This document shows positions 51,399-62,611 of a stretch of DNA of 64,000 bases, piece after piece. This DNA comes from Octopus vulgaris (lineage: Eukaryota): the NCBI GenBank assembly GCA_951406725.2, contig OX597831.1, forward strand, positions 64,294,001-64,358,000. Direction: 5' to 3'. Each line of letters starts with the position of its first letter. Positions within the stretch are counted from its first letter, which is position 1. The position numbers were made by a program, and so were the translations under genes. The notes beneath the pieces were generated by a model. The model saw only the letters and a list, made by a program, of their open reading frames with translations. It made no database searches and was not told the DNA's origin.

Positions 51399-51601
51399 CA
51401 GTGCTTTTCAACCTTTTTGCTGGAGCGGAACCCCAAAGAAACATTCCACTGGCTCGAGGAACCCCTGTGCAATAATTTAATTGTCTTATATGCACACATA
51501 TCTGCACAGGAGAATTAAAAATTACTGTCGATTTTAGCATTTTTGTAACTTCTTGCGGAACCCCTGGACTGTACTGGCGGAACCCTGGTTGAAAACCACT
51601 G
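51399..51601. mobile_element. hAT (Charlie-like) MITE
   Basis: TIRs CAGTGCTTTTCAACC / GGTTGAAAACCACTG; perfect 8-bp TSD ACCTAAAC; subterminal GGAACCC repeats. Confidence 0.9.
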
Positions 51602-52049
51602 ACCTAAACCCTCGTAAGTACTAAAACGAGTACATTTGTTAGGTTAATTAAGGTAAAGGTATACAACAAATTATGGCAACCTGTGGAAGAAGCCTTAATT
51701 TAATGCTTCAACGTTGTACCTTCCCAAACTGATGAAACGATACCTTTATCGGATTTGATTGGGGGTAATTAACATGCACTGTGGAACTGTAGATGCTTTA
51801 AATTATCACTTCAAAAGCGGTCGAGATAGGAAGAAAGTGTACAGCGGCGAACAAGTAAGATTTCAGCTTATAGTTACATCCTTCGAAATCCCGCCGAGTT
51901 CGAACCCTAGCAGTCTTAGTCTTTCAATCCTTATCATTTCATCCTTTCAGGATCGATAAAATTCAGAACACTGAGTTCGATGCAGACAACTATACAAATT
52001 TGTGAGATTGTGTTATATATATGATAGTGGTTTTATCTCTAATTCATAT

Positions 52050-52055
<6 letters not shown>

Positions 52056-52115
<60 letters not shown>
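52056..52115. repeat. (TA)n microsatellite
   Basis: Pure TA run of about 60 bp. Confidence 0.95.
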
Positions 52116-52118
<3 letters not shown>

Positions 52119-54552
52119 TCGTAACAAAGCTAAATCTGAAGAAGAAATTATTGAATTTTGAGATTTCAACCTATGAAACCTCAAATCAAAGCTTGTAATT
52201 CTCGACGGCACGTATCTGCCCCTTCCTTCTCGTTGTATGGGCCCTCTTGATTGAGTTCTTCAACGCAACAATATCGCAAACTAGTCTTCGATAAATAGTT
52301 GCAATTAAAGAACATAATTAGCGAATGCAAATATGTCGGGATCAAGCTAACAATGAAGTCTCTGTATGGCCGCGTTACCTGCTAGAAATAACAGCCAAAA
52401 CTCACTCAAACGACACCCCACCACCACCGTCTTAGAAAAGGTGCAATGAGGTTCTGGATTCCTTGGGCACAGGAAAAAGACAGAGTGGTTGATAGGGGAG
52501 TCTTTGTTTCCAGGTTTGCTTCATCAGTGATGACCCAGGGCTACACAATAAAAACTGTCGGTATTATTAAAATAACTTTTTGTAAGGGTTCGGAAAACGA
52601 ATTCCCAATCAATACAAATATTTAATATTGACCTATATAAAAATGATTTTTGTCTTAATATATCCGTATGTATATATATACAGGTATGTGTGTATAATGT
52701 ATTCATGTATGTGGATACATATATATATATATATATATATATGCATACACATGAATGATCCTCATCGAAAAAGTCAAAGAACAAACTTCAGACATGTACC
52801 ATACCATATTATATTATCAGTGATCTAATCATATACACAGGGTATATATAGATGTGTGTATGCTTGCAAATTGTATACATTGTATGCTATATGTTATTAA
52901 AGTAATCTTTAAAATAATACAAGAACTCCCAATGAGGCGATTCGGAATCAATATTATTTTTTCTTCTTCTTTCCAGAAAAATCTAACAAATGGTTGAATG
53001 TTGCTTTTATGAACTGATGTCAGTTAACTTTCTCCATTCACCACCGAGCTAAGTGAATCGCGACTACAATGTATGTCTTGTCATGTGTTGAAATAATACA
53101 ATAAAGTTTAAACATACAAAACTAGTTCAAAACCCAGACAACTTCCCTATCAATTCACTGCTTAACATTATTAAACATTATATAAGCAACATTTATTTGT
53201 GTTTAATCACAGGCATTTCTGATGTCGTTTAAACCCAAATAAGCTCTGGTCGAGTACGTCTACAAAGACAAAGACATTCCAGTCTTACCCACCACGTCGT
53301 TTTGTTTATCAAGACATATCTAGAACTTTCCTTTCTTTAAAACGGCAGCATATGATTTGAGATAAAGCATGACCATTATTTTAACAGGTCTAGCGACAAA
53401 CTCCCTTAGGTTTCTTGAGATGGATGGCACCGCATTCATTTGCTGTCTTCTTCATATTCTGGCATTAATAAAGTGTTGAGGTGTTAGTTAACCAATGAAA
53501 CTTAACTATAGTTAAATGAGAGTTTAAAGGAGGAGAATTAACAAACACTTTGGAATTTGATTCGAGCGAATCCAAAGACTGAGTCTTCGGTGAAGCAATG
53601 ATAGATATATTCAGCCTTGACTGCTCGACAGAATACAGTCCATATGGATGTTTTGGTATAAGGTATTAGGGTTTGGTTAAATTTTAAGAATGTTTACGAT
53701 AACCTGATGTCAGACTTGACAACTGAATATAAATCTGATAATACATCATTAGATTATTTACACATGTGTTTATTTACCTGAGTATCTCATAAAACAGGTA
53801 GATAAACGAATACACTTGTGCGTGGATGTGTATATATGCACATACAGATCGCATACACACTCAGACTGATGGTTCCTTGCTATTCTATACTTTATCCTAT
53901 AGAATATTATAAATAGCCCGTCCTAAAAGATAGATGAAAATATTTACGCCAACAAATGCGATAACAATACAGTCTATTCCAAAAGTTTAAATATAGTAAT
54001 TTATATAAATATAATGATTTGATTTATCCTATTTCTCATCGTAATTGTTATGTGCAACACAAGCACAACTCTTTATATACCAATTCACCAAATTCTAATT
54101 CTATAAGTAAATATGGAAATAAATGACGTTATCCTTATATGAAATAAGGAAAGATTGTTCAATTAAACTAAAGATAATATCATTTTCAAAGTTCATCCAT
54201 GTACATACATTCATCGATTATGGATTCATTCAGCTTTAACATGGATAGAAATTAGTGGTAAGACGGTAGCGTTGTTCCCAAAGTACAAGGCCATATGTTT
54301 AAAAGTTACTGGTAGCTTTATGAAAAGATATTCAGCCGATGCAGTTCCACATCTGATAAAAATGGTACAGTCTCCACTTCATTGTTTACAGACTGGAATT
54401 ACAAAAGGCGTACAAAACACCTGCTTCAATTCAAATGTAAGATTGCACGGCATCATAATATGGAATTAAAAAAAGATTAAATTACGTAAATATATATATA
54501 AATATAAACACATAGTTATGTGTATGCGATAAGTCTCAATAAATGTATGACT

Positions 54553-54753
54553 ATTATATATATATATACATACATACATACATATATATACATACATACA
54601 TACATATATACACATATATACACATACATACATATATATATATACACATACATACATACATATATATACACATACATACATATATATACACATACATACA
54701 CATACATACATATATATACACATACATACATATATACACATACATACATATAT

Positions 54754-54792
<39 letters not shown>

Positions 54793-54820
54793 CATACATA
54801 CATACATATATATACACATA
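54553..54820. repeat. Compound (TACA)/(TA) microsatellite
   Basis: Continuous TA/CA/TACA units. Confidence 0.95.
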
Positions 54821-56256
54821 GAGAGAGTCGTACACATGTAGGGGCTTACCGGAATGTGTATATATATTTTAATATTTCACTTCGGTAGAGCGAGTCATAG
54901 ATATATATAGACTTATCGGAATATACATACACACACGTGCGTGTGTGTGTATTACTGTATATGCGGGTCCAAAGAAATTATATGTGGTAGACAATCATCA
55001 TCGACCTCGAGGGATTGCAGACGTCGGATATACATTTGTCTATAATCATAAGTATGTGTATATGACTATATACCTGTGTGCGTGTATATATATGTGTGTG
55101 TGTGTGTGGTCAGATGTGTTTGTATAAATGACTACATAGACATGATGAAAATGTATGTCCGCGCCTGTGTCTGGGTGTGTATATATGTGTGTATATATTC
55201 TCGGCCCTCACTGATTGAATGGATCGTTACATTTTCAAATAGAAACAATCCGAGGAATTAATGTTCAACCGAGAAACATTTTGACAAATTTTCGCAGAAA
55301 TTATTTAATTTCTGTTTAAGGTGCGTGTGTATTTAGCTGTATATTTATCGGTTTATATATACAAGTCATTCATCTATAATTGTATACACATATACACGCA
55401 AACACAAAAACGCATATACACACTGTATGTGTGCGTATGGCTCAATATACTTATGCGTGAGTATATAGTTACGTATGCTTAAATATACGGCAATACTTTC
55501 TATGTGAATGTGTGATTATGTTTATATATATATATATATGCATTACATATTTTGTAAATACTATTATATAAACATAAATACACACATACACACACGTGTG
55601 TATATCTGTATACACGCACACCACATCATTTGTAAATGAGAGCCCGTCCCATCATTGATTTCGTATTTCCACCGTATACGAACTCTGGACTGAAAATTCA
55701 GATTTACCCATGGATCAATTTTGAGTTATTTTGTCTTGTAGACTTTATTAAATTAGTCTCTATCGAACTTAGACTAAAATTACAGTGTTTGTTAAGCAAA
55801 TATAGTATAGCGATGAAAACGCTCTCAGGTCCCCCCATGCAACATATATATATATACACACGCTACTCACAGAAACTGTTCACAAAGCAAGGGGTTGCAT
55901 TTAACCCCGTCACTCAAAAATAGCTTTCTCCGGGCATATTGTTAGTGAATGGGGGTATTGTTTTCTGACAATATTTTAATTAAAAAGTAATAGACTCTGA
56001 TATCGAGGCCAACAGATATGCAGAAATTAACGTGAAACCGATCTCTTTAACACATACACACGCATAGATACGTACACATACATAACACTGAAGTGGTAGC
56101 AGTAGCATGCCATTCGAGAGACGGAATTTCCTCAAATTCTATCTGTAATAATACCATCGGATCGAACCTATCGCGGAGACTAAAGTACTATAGACGTTGA
56201 GAAAGGAATCAGCAAGGATTTGATACTTTAATTACGACATTTAACGACTAACTTAC

Positions 56257-56313
56257 CTTGAAAACATCAAAAACATACTGGATGAGGGTAAAACCATAAC
56301 ACCTGACGGCCAT
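56257..56313 (-). CDS. Candidate first coding exon of the minus-strand host gene
   Basis: aacATGGCC...TTCAAG|GTAAGT: 19 codons MAVRCYGFTLIQYVFDVFK, consensus donor, phase 0 compatible with 48452-48586; could instead be a 5' UTR exon. Confidence 0.45.
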
Positions 56314-56339
56314 GTTCTTTACTGCTGGCAAAGTCGGAC

Positions 56340-56380
56340 ATTTTGATTGGACGAAATCTCAAAATTTCAACCAATCAGAG
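56340..56380. promoter_or_regulatory. Candidate promoter with two opposed CCAAT boxes
   Basis: GATTGG at 56345-56350 and CCAATCAG at 56371-56378, just upstream of the candidate exon, at the edge of a CpG-retaining zone. Confidence 0.45.
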
Positions 56381-56967
56381 AAACTGACATATAATGGTAG
56401 TAAAGGAAGATAAGACAACTCAAACTTGAGAAGACCTCCCCTTTCCATCTCTAAAAATGATACATAATTTTTTGTACTTTGACTCTGTTTCCTAAAAATG
56501 TTCTTTCAAATATGTTTATGGATGGAAGAGACTTTACAAATTTGATTTCTACTTATTTATTATTGCAGAACAAATTGGAAGTAAACTGAGAAAGTATTTT
56601 CTTATCCCTTTCTGTGTGATAGTTGACAGTAAAAAGAGAACTTTTGTTAAGTTTAAAAAGAACAATTACTTCCTCTGCATCAGTCTAAATGGTAAAATTA
56701 ATTTGGGAAGAGGAATAACTGAGTGACATTCTCAGAGATAATGTTTACTTTCAACTCTAAGTGTGTAGTAATTGAAGGACAAAACATACAGAAAAGGTAG
56801 TTTCAGAAAGATCAGATTCTGAGGAAGAAAATAATAGAAAGGCCAAGAGGATGAGAGAACAGTGAAACTATTAAGTTTTTATATAGCAGTGGTAATACAG
56901 TCAATAAGAAGCTGGGAGGCCTTTGCTGAAGCAGTAGCAGGAGAGAGAAAGGACAAACTCAAACTAT

Positions 56968-57369
56968 TGTGGTAAGAAGCTTGCTTCCCAACCACATGGT
57001 TCCGGGTTCAGTCCTACTGCGTGGCACCTTGGGCAAGTGTCTTCTGCTATAGCCTCGGGCCGACCAAAGCCTTGTGAGTGGATTTGGTAGACGGAAACTG
57101 AAAGGAGCCTGTCGTATATATGTATATATATATATATATATATGTACGTGTGTGTATATGTTGTATATCTGTGTTTGTCCCCCCCCCCACCATCGCTTGA
57201 CAACCGATGCTGGTGTGTCTATGTCCCCATCACTTAGCGGTTCGGCAAAAAGAGACCGATAGAATAAGTACTAGGCTTACAAAGAATAAGTCCTGCGGTC
57301 GATTTGCTCAACTAAAGTTGGTGCTCCAGCATGACCGCAGTCAAATGATTGAAACAAGTAAAAGAGTAA
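56968..57369 (+). mobile_element. SINE family A
   Basis: Family A match. Confidence 0.9.
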
Positions 57370-57595
57370 TTGAAAAATATTTGTGAGGGAAAGGAAAAGT
57401 TTGACAAATAGCTGGATGGATGTTTTCAAGATACAATCCAGAGTAGGTAAATGTGTGTAGGGGAGAGACAGACAGACAGCAAAAGAAATAGGGGTGAGTA
57501 AAGGACATTTGGGCTCAGTATGCCAGCTGTCTGAACACTACTGCAGTGTTTGACAAACTTTATATAGGGATCAGTAACATTTCAAACCTTAACTA

Positions 57596-57939
57596 AGACC
57601 CTCCACCCTTCGGTCATGACACAGACCATGGGATTGCACCTAGAAAGTTACCCTCCCAGGCACAAGTCTGGGCAAGGTTGTTTATGGAAGGCCAGCAGTC
57701 ACACATGCATACCGGCCTCCCCTCTCCATGCCATCAGTGTTATCCAAGGGAAAGGCAAAGGGGCCGATACAGCTTGGCACCCGTGACGTCGCAACTCATT
57801 TCTACAGCTGAGTGAACTGGAGCAATATGAAATAAAGTGTCTTGCTCAAGAACACAACACACAGCCCAGTCCGGGATTCGAGCTCACAACCTCACGATCA
57901 TAAGCTCAATGCTCTAACCACTGAGCCATGCGCCTTCAC
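57596..57939 (-). mobile_element. tRNA/CORE SINE family H, full length
   Basis: Head GTGAAGGCGCATGGCTCAGTGGTTAGAGC, TTGAGCAAGACACTT CORE-like box; 12-bp TSD AAACCTTAACTA. Confidence 0.9.
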
Positions 57940-58312
57940 AAACCTTAACTATTTTTTGTATATTAATGATACAGATCAATGAAGTATATGAAGTATTTTG
58001 CCTTAAAAAGTCATCAGATATTGTAAAATATTGTGCAGGATGTGTGAGAGTCCCAAGTGTTGGTTATTCAGAAATAATAATGATGTAGTTATAAGTGTTA
58101 TAAGAAGCAGGTTACCAACTTTCCATTCTGCTTTTGTTTTAACAGTTTCGGCTCATAAAAGATGTGCATACCTGCCAAGAATTATTGAGGTTGTGTTACT
58201 GAGGTCTGAGTACCACGGTCGAACAATGATGATGATGACAAGGGAAGTAGGAGTGTAGATACATTAGAGAACCTGCAACTAAAACAGCGACAAGATCATT
58301 AATGAGGGTACA

Positions 58313-58653
58313 CGAGACCCCCTTCGGTCAGACACTGACCATGGGCTTGCACCGAGAAAGTTACCCTCTGAGGCACAAGTTTATGCAAGGTTGTTTTATG
58401 GAAGACCAGCAGTCACCCATGCATACTGGCCTCCCCTCTCCACACCACCAGTGTTATCCTAGGGAAAGGCAAAGGGGCCGATACAGCTTGGCACCTGTGA
58501 CGTCGCAGCTCATTTATACAGCTGAGTGAACTGGAGCAATGTGAAATAAAGCGTCTTGCTCAAGAACACAACATGCAGCCCGGTCCGGGGTCCGAACACA
58601 CAACCTCACAATCGTAAGCTCGATGCTCTAACAACTGAGCCACGTGCCTTAAC
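58313..58653 (-). mobile_element. tRNA/CORE SINE family H, full length
   Basis: Second copy; 13-bp TSD TAATGAGGGTACA. Confidence 0.9.
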
Positions 58654-58933
58654 TAATGAGGGTACAACTACCAATGTAATTAGTTGTACCTTAGAATAAT
58701 TCTTTTACTTGTTTCAGTCATTTGACTGCAACCATGCTGGAGCACTGCCTTAACGGATTTTTTTAGTTGAAGAAATCAACCCCAGGACTTATTCTTTGTA
58801 AGCTTAGTACTTATTCTACTGGTCTCTTTTGCCAAACTGCTAAGTTATGGGGATGTAAACAGGCCAAGATCAGTTGTCAAGTGAAGGTGGGGGGGACAAA
58901 CACAGACAAAATCACACTCACATAAATATATAC

Positions 58934-58968
<35 letters not shown>

Positions 58969-59050
58969 ACAATTGCAGCGTGGAAGGTGTTTGTAAGCCA
59001 TTTAAGAAACACACAAAAGCCGTTCGATTCACTTCAACATTTAAGTTTAA

Positions 59051-59101
59051 TTTGTCAAAATATTTTCGTCACTTTAAGACTGCGACCTGTTCACTGACAA
59101 A
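59051..59101 (-). ncRNA. Hammerhead ribozyme-like motif, G3:C8 core variant
   Basis: UUUGUCA-GUGAACA-G-GUCGC-agucuuaaa-GUGAC-GAAA-AUAU-UU-UGACAAA. Confidence 0.6.
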
Positions 59102-59291
59102 AATCCGTGCTGCATCTGAGAAAGTAACAGTTAGTTCGTTATATATATGTATGTGTGTATGTATGTCTGCACACATGTATGCATGCGTGCATACATACAT
59201 ACATATGCATGCATGCATACATACATACACACATACATACGTACATATATATAACGAACTAACTGTTACTTTCTCAGATGCAGCACGGATT

Positions 59292-59342
59292 TTTGTCAGT
59301 GAACAGGTCGCAGTCTTAAAGTGACGAAAATATTTTGACAAA
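59292..59342 (+). ncRNA. Hammerhead ribozyme-like motif, G3:C8 core variant
   Basis: Identical fold on + strand: 7-bp stem I, 5-bp stem II, palindromic AAUAUU stem III. Confidence 0.6.
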
Positions 59343-59618
59343 TCAAACTTAAATGTTGAAGTGAATCGAACGGCTTTTGTGTGTTTCTTAAATGGCTTAT
59401 AAACACCTTCCATGCAGCAATTGTTTTCGTTTCAGCACACGATCTGAGATCAAATCACTTGGTATGCAAGTACATCTCCATAACATATATATATATATGT
59501 ATGTATGTATGTAAACATATATATAAATATATATATATATAGATAGATAAAAACATATATAAATATAAACATATATATAAATATATATATATATATATAA
59601 ACATATATATATATAAAC

Positions 59619-59649
<31 letters not shown>

Positions 59650-59654
59650 AAAAC

Positions 59655-59690
<36 letters not shown>

Positions 59691-60124
59691 GATGAGCTTC
59701 TTTCAGTTTCTGTCTACCAAATCCACTCACAAGGCTTTGGTCAGCCTAAGGCTATAGTAGAAGACACTTGGCCAAGGTTCCACATAATGGAACTGAACCT
59801 GGAACCATACAGTTGGGAAGCAAGCTTCTTACCACATTGGAAACAGTTTCTTTGTGCAAGTGTTGTTAATCAAAGCTTCCAGATATCAGATGCTTTTAAA
59901 TTCTCAGAGACTTTCAGGAGAGAATGAACATTTTTGGGAGTCCTTCTTTTCAGTGCATTACAGTGTACTGGCACCCCATCATTGACATGAGGCTCCACCT
60001 CCTGGCCTGACTGACTAGTATTCAAGCTAAATCCATTTTGGGATCATCACGACATGCAAATAATGGAGTCATGCAGGTCTGATTTGCACCATAGCCAAAC
60101 AGGTCCTTGCCTCACACCTATACA

Positions 60125-60950
60125 TACCTCTCCAACCAGGTTTCATCCCTTTTCACCAATATCCAATAGCTGGCTCTTTCAACTGTTGACTAGATTTGTT
60201 TCAAGATGGTGTTTGATGATGATTGATGCTGACTGATAGCAGCCACTGCCTAAGTGTCTAAGTCCAGTTCCAATAAAGCCTCCATGTCCATCTTCTACAA
60301 GAAAGTGGGTGCAGGAGTGGCTGTGTGGTAAGTAGCTTGCTAACCAACCACATGGTTCCAGGTTCAGTCCCACTGCATGGCATCTTGGGCAAGTGTCTTC
60401 TACTATAGCCCCGGGCCGACCAATGCCTTGTAAGTGGATTTGGTAGACGGAAACTGAAAGAAGCCTGTTGTATATATGTATATATATATGTATGTGTTTG
60501 TGTGTCTGTGTTTGTCTCCCTAGCATTGCTTGACAACCGATGCTGGTGTGTTTACGTCCCCGTCACTTAGCGGTTCGGCAAAAAAGAGACTGATAGAATA
60601 AGTACTGGGCTTACAAAGAATAAGTCCCGGGGTCACTTTGCTCGACTAAAGGCGATGCTCCAGCATGGCTGCAATCAAATGACTAAACAAGTAAAAGAGT
60701 AAAGAGTAAAAAAGAGTCGTACTCCAGTGAGCATCTTTACAATCTTCTAGTCACACCTCATAACACTTGGCTTTCCTAACCTGAGCAGCATTGATATTAT
60801 CCTCATGTGGAACAGTTTATTCAACAAGGTCTACTATCTTACATTCCTCAATCAGAATACCATATCAGGCTTTTTCCTTACTCATATTGGAAAGAGGTGT
60901 TCATACCCTAAAAGATCTACTGTTACCTCCCAAACTCCATATCAGTTCTC
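60125..60950 (-). mobile_element. HERO-like non-LTR retrotransposon relic (restriction-like endonuclease C-terminus), split by a SINE A
   Basis: WEVTVDL...FPI*VRKKPDMVF*/KIVDLVE*TVPHEDNINAAQVRKAKCYEV*LEDCKDAHW [SINE] FLVEDGHGGFIG...ERASYWILVKRD: PD...E-x-T-V-P...K..Y RLE pattern. Confidence 0.75.
60308..60717 (+). mobile_element. SINE family A, full length
   Basis: Head-to-tail match. Confidence 0.9.
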
Positions 60951-61609
60951 AATATTCACAGCTTTCCCCTCCTGTTTTAGGCAACCATCTTGACCCTAAT
61001 GAATAAATGATAGCTAATAACTCTCATGAAAAAAAAAGAGATGACAGAGGTGGAAAAAGTTTTTAGGAACTAGAGAAATAAGGTCCATGTGGCCAAGGCT
61101 TGGCAAGGATATGGGAACAGACACCATAAAGCCCATCCTCTTTTTCATGAGTTTAAAAGTTGTAGATCACCATTCCCCAGCAGATGTACAATATACGTCT
61201 GAAAGAGTTTGGTCTCTGAAAATTTTTAAGTTATAAAATTCTTGAAAGTTGTTGGAAATCTTTTCTAAGAGATCTGTTAATGTCTGTATTTTATTTCCTA
61301 AAATTACAAGCTTGCTGAATGGGCTCATAGAAAAAACATTATATGATTTCCAGATGGCAGATGGGAATATTCCACCCCCTCCCATTTCTATTGCTGGCTA
61401 CATGTGTATAACAAAGATGTTCTCTCCTAAGCTTTGCACCACACCATCTCAAGAATCAAAGACTTATTTTTAAAAATGCAGTTTCAAAAGTATTTAAGCA
61501 TATCATAGTTTACTATGAATTTACAATAATCTTATAATTTTCAAAATAACTGTGGAGTTAACATGGATACAGCTAGTTGTTTATGATTTAACTTTTGTTT
61601 ATTCTATAT

Positions 61610-61858
61610 TGTGGAGGCACGTGGCTTAGTGGTTAGGGTGTCAGCACCATGATCGTAAGATTGTGGTCTCAATTCCTGGACCAGGTAATGCGTTGTGTCC
61701 TTGAACAAAACACTTCATTTCACGTTGCTCCAGTCCACTCAACTGGCAAAAATGAGTAACGCTGTAATGGACTGGCATCCCGTCCAGCTAGGGAACACAT
61801 ACGCCATAGAAACCGGGAAACCAGACCCATGAGCCTGGCTAGGTTTTAAAGGGCTCAT
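61610..61858 (+). mobile_element. tRNA/CORE SINE (family D variant), full length
   Basis: GTGGAGGCACGTGGCTTAGTGGTTAGGG head, CCTTGAACAAAACACTT box, ATGGACTGGCATCCCGTCCAG tail. Confidence 0.85.
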
Positions 61859-62192
61859 TTATTATTTTTATTCTATATTATCTTTTCTACAACTACAAGG
61901 ACAGACTACTAAATATATGGTAATGTACCAAGGGGCTGACTGCTACCTAGAACAAATCAATGAACCCTACCTATCCAGGATCATTTTGACTACCAATGAT
62001 AAGTGCCCTCCCCCAGCAGTCATTCCCCATTAATCAAGTGCATGCAGGGTGTAAGTTCATACACTTTGGACATGCTCTCTGCTCTCATTCACGTTTAAAA
62101 ATTTTACAGAGATGCAGTCTTCTTTAACACCACTTTCCTTTCTAAGTAGAATATTAAAAATTTGGTGAGATTTTTGCTAAAGTAGAAAGTGT

Positions 62193-62611
62193 GGATCTTT
62201 TTGGTTTGAACGGCAGTTTTTTCTAGCGGTGTCATATGAAATTGTCACCCATAATTATGACCCTAGTATCGATCTATTGCATTTCAATCTGTTTTAGGGT
62301 TAGGGTTAGTTAGGGCTAGGGATTGGGGCAAGGGTATCTTTTTTCTTCTTCACAAATGTAAATAAACCCAATCTGTTTCTTAAACGAGGGACGTATTCAT
62401 ACAGCACAGAATGTTTTTTACCTCAATAGACGTCATTGATTGGTTGAAATTGAAGAAAAAAACAACAAATATCTTACAAACCATAGAATTTTCTCAATAA
62501 AGCCAAGAGAAAAAAATGTTTTATAAACACATTCTACCAGTATACGAAGTTTAAAATTTTTTAGTTACCTAGAAATTATGTTAAAAACTGCCGTTCAAAC
62601 CGAAAAGATCC
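62193..62611. mobile_element. Merlin-like MITE
   Basis: TIRs; TSD GAAAGTGT/AAAAGTGT; expanded TTAGGG tract. Confidence 0.85.

Larger units (their letters stand above)
58968..59484. mobile_element. Inverted-repeat element (Penelope inverted pLTR-like) with two hammerhead folds
   Basis: ~184-bp arms 58968-59151 and 59242-59425, near-perfect inverted copies; right copy extends ~60 bp further; embedded in (TA)n. Confidence 0.75.
58701..59836 (-). mobile_element. SINE family A split by a palindromic insert in its microsatellite
   Basis: Tail/body 58701-58920 and head 59690-59836. Confidence 0.8.

Noticed and set aside
51720-51760. CTGATGA followed by a short hairpin
   Set aside because: No GAAA or stems I/III, so not a hammerhead
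58980-59413. Two nearly identical 114-aa ORFs on opposite strands
   Set aside because: Direct consequence of the inverted repeat; no recognisable protein motif
61610-61685. tRNA genes at SINE heads (also ~7590-7662 and ~57865-57939)
   Set aside because: No complete cloverleaf, and each continues into a SINE body
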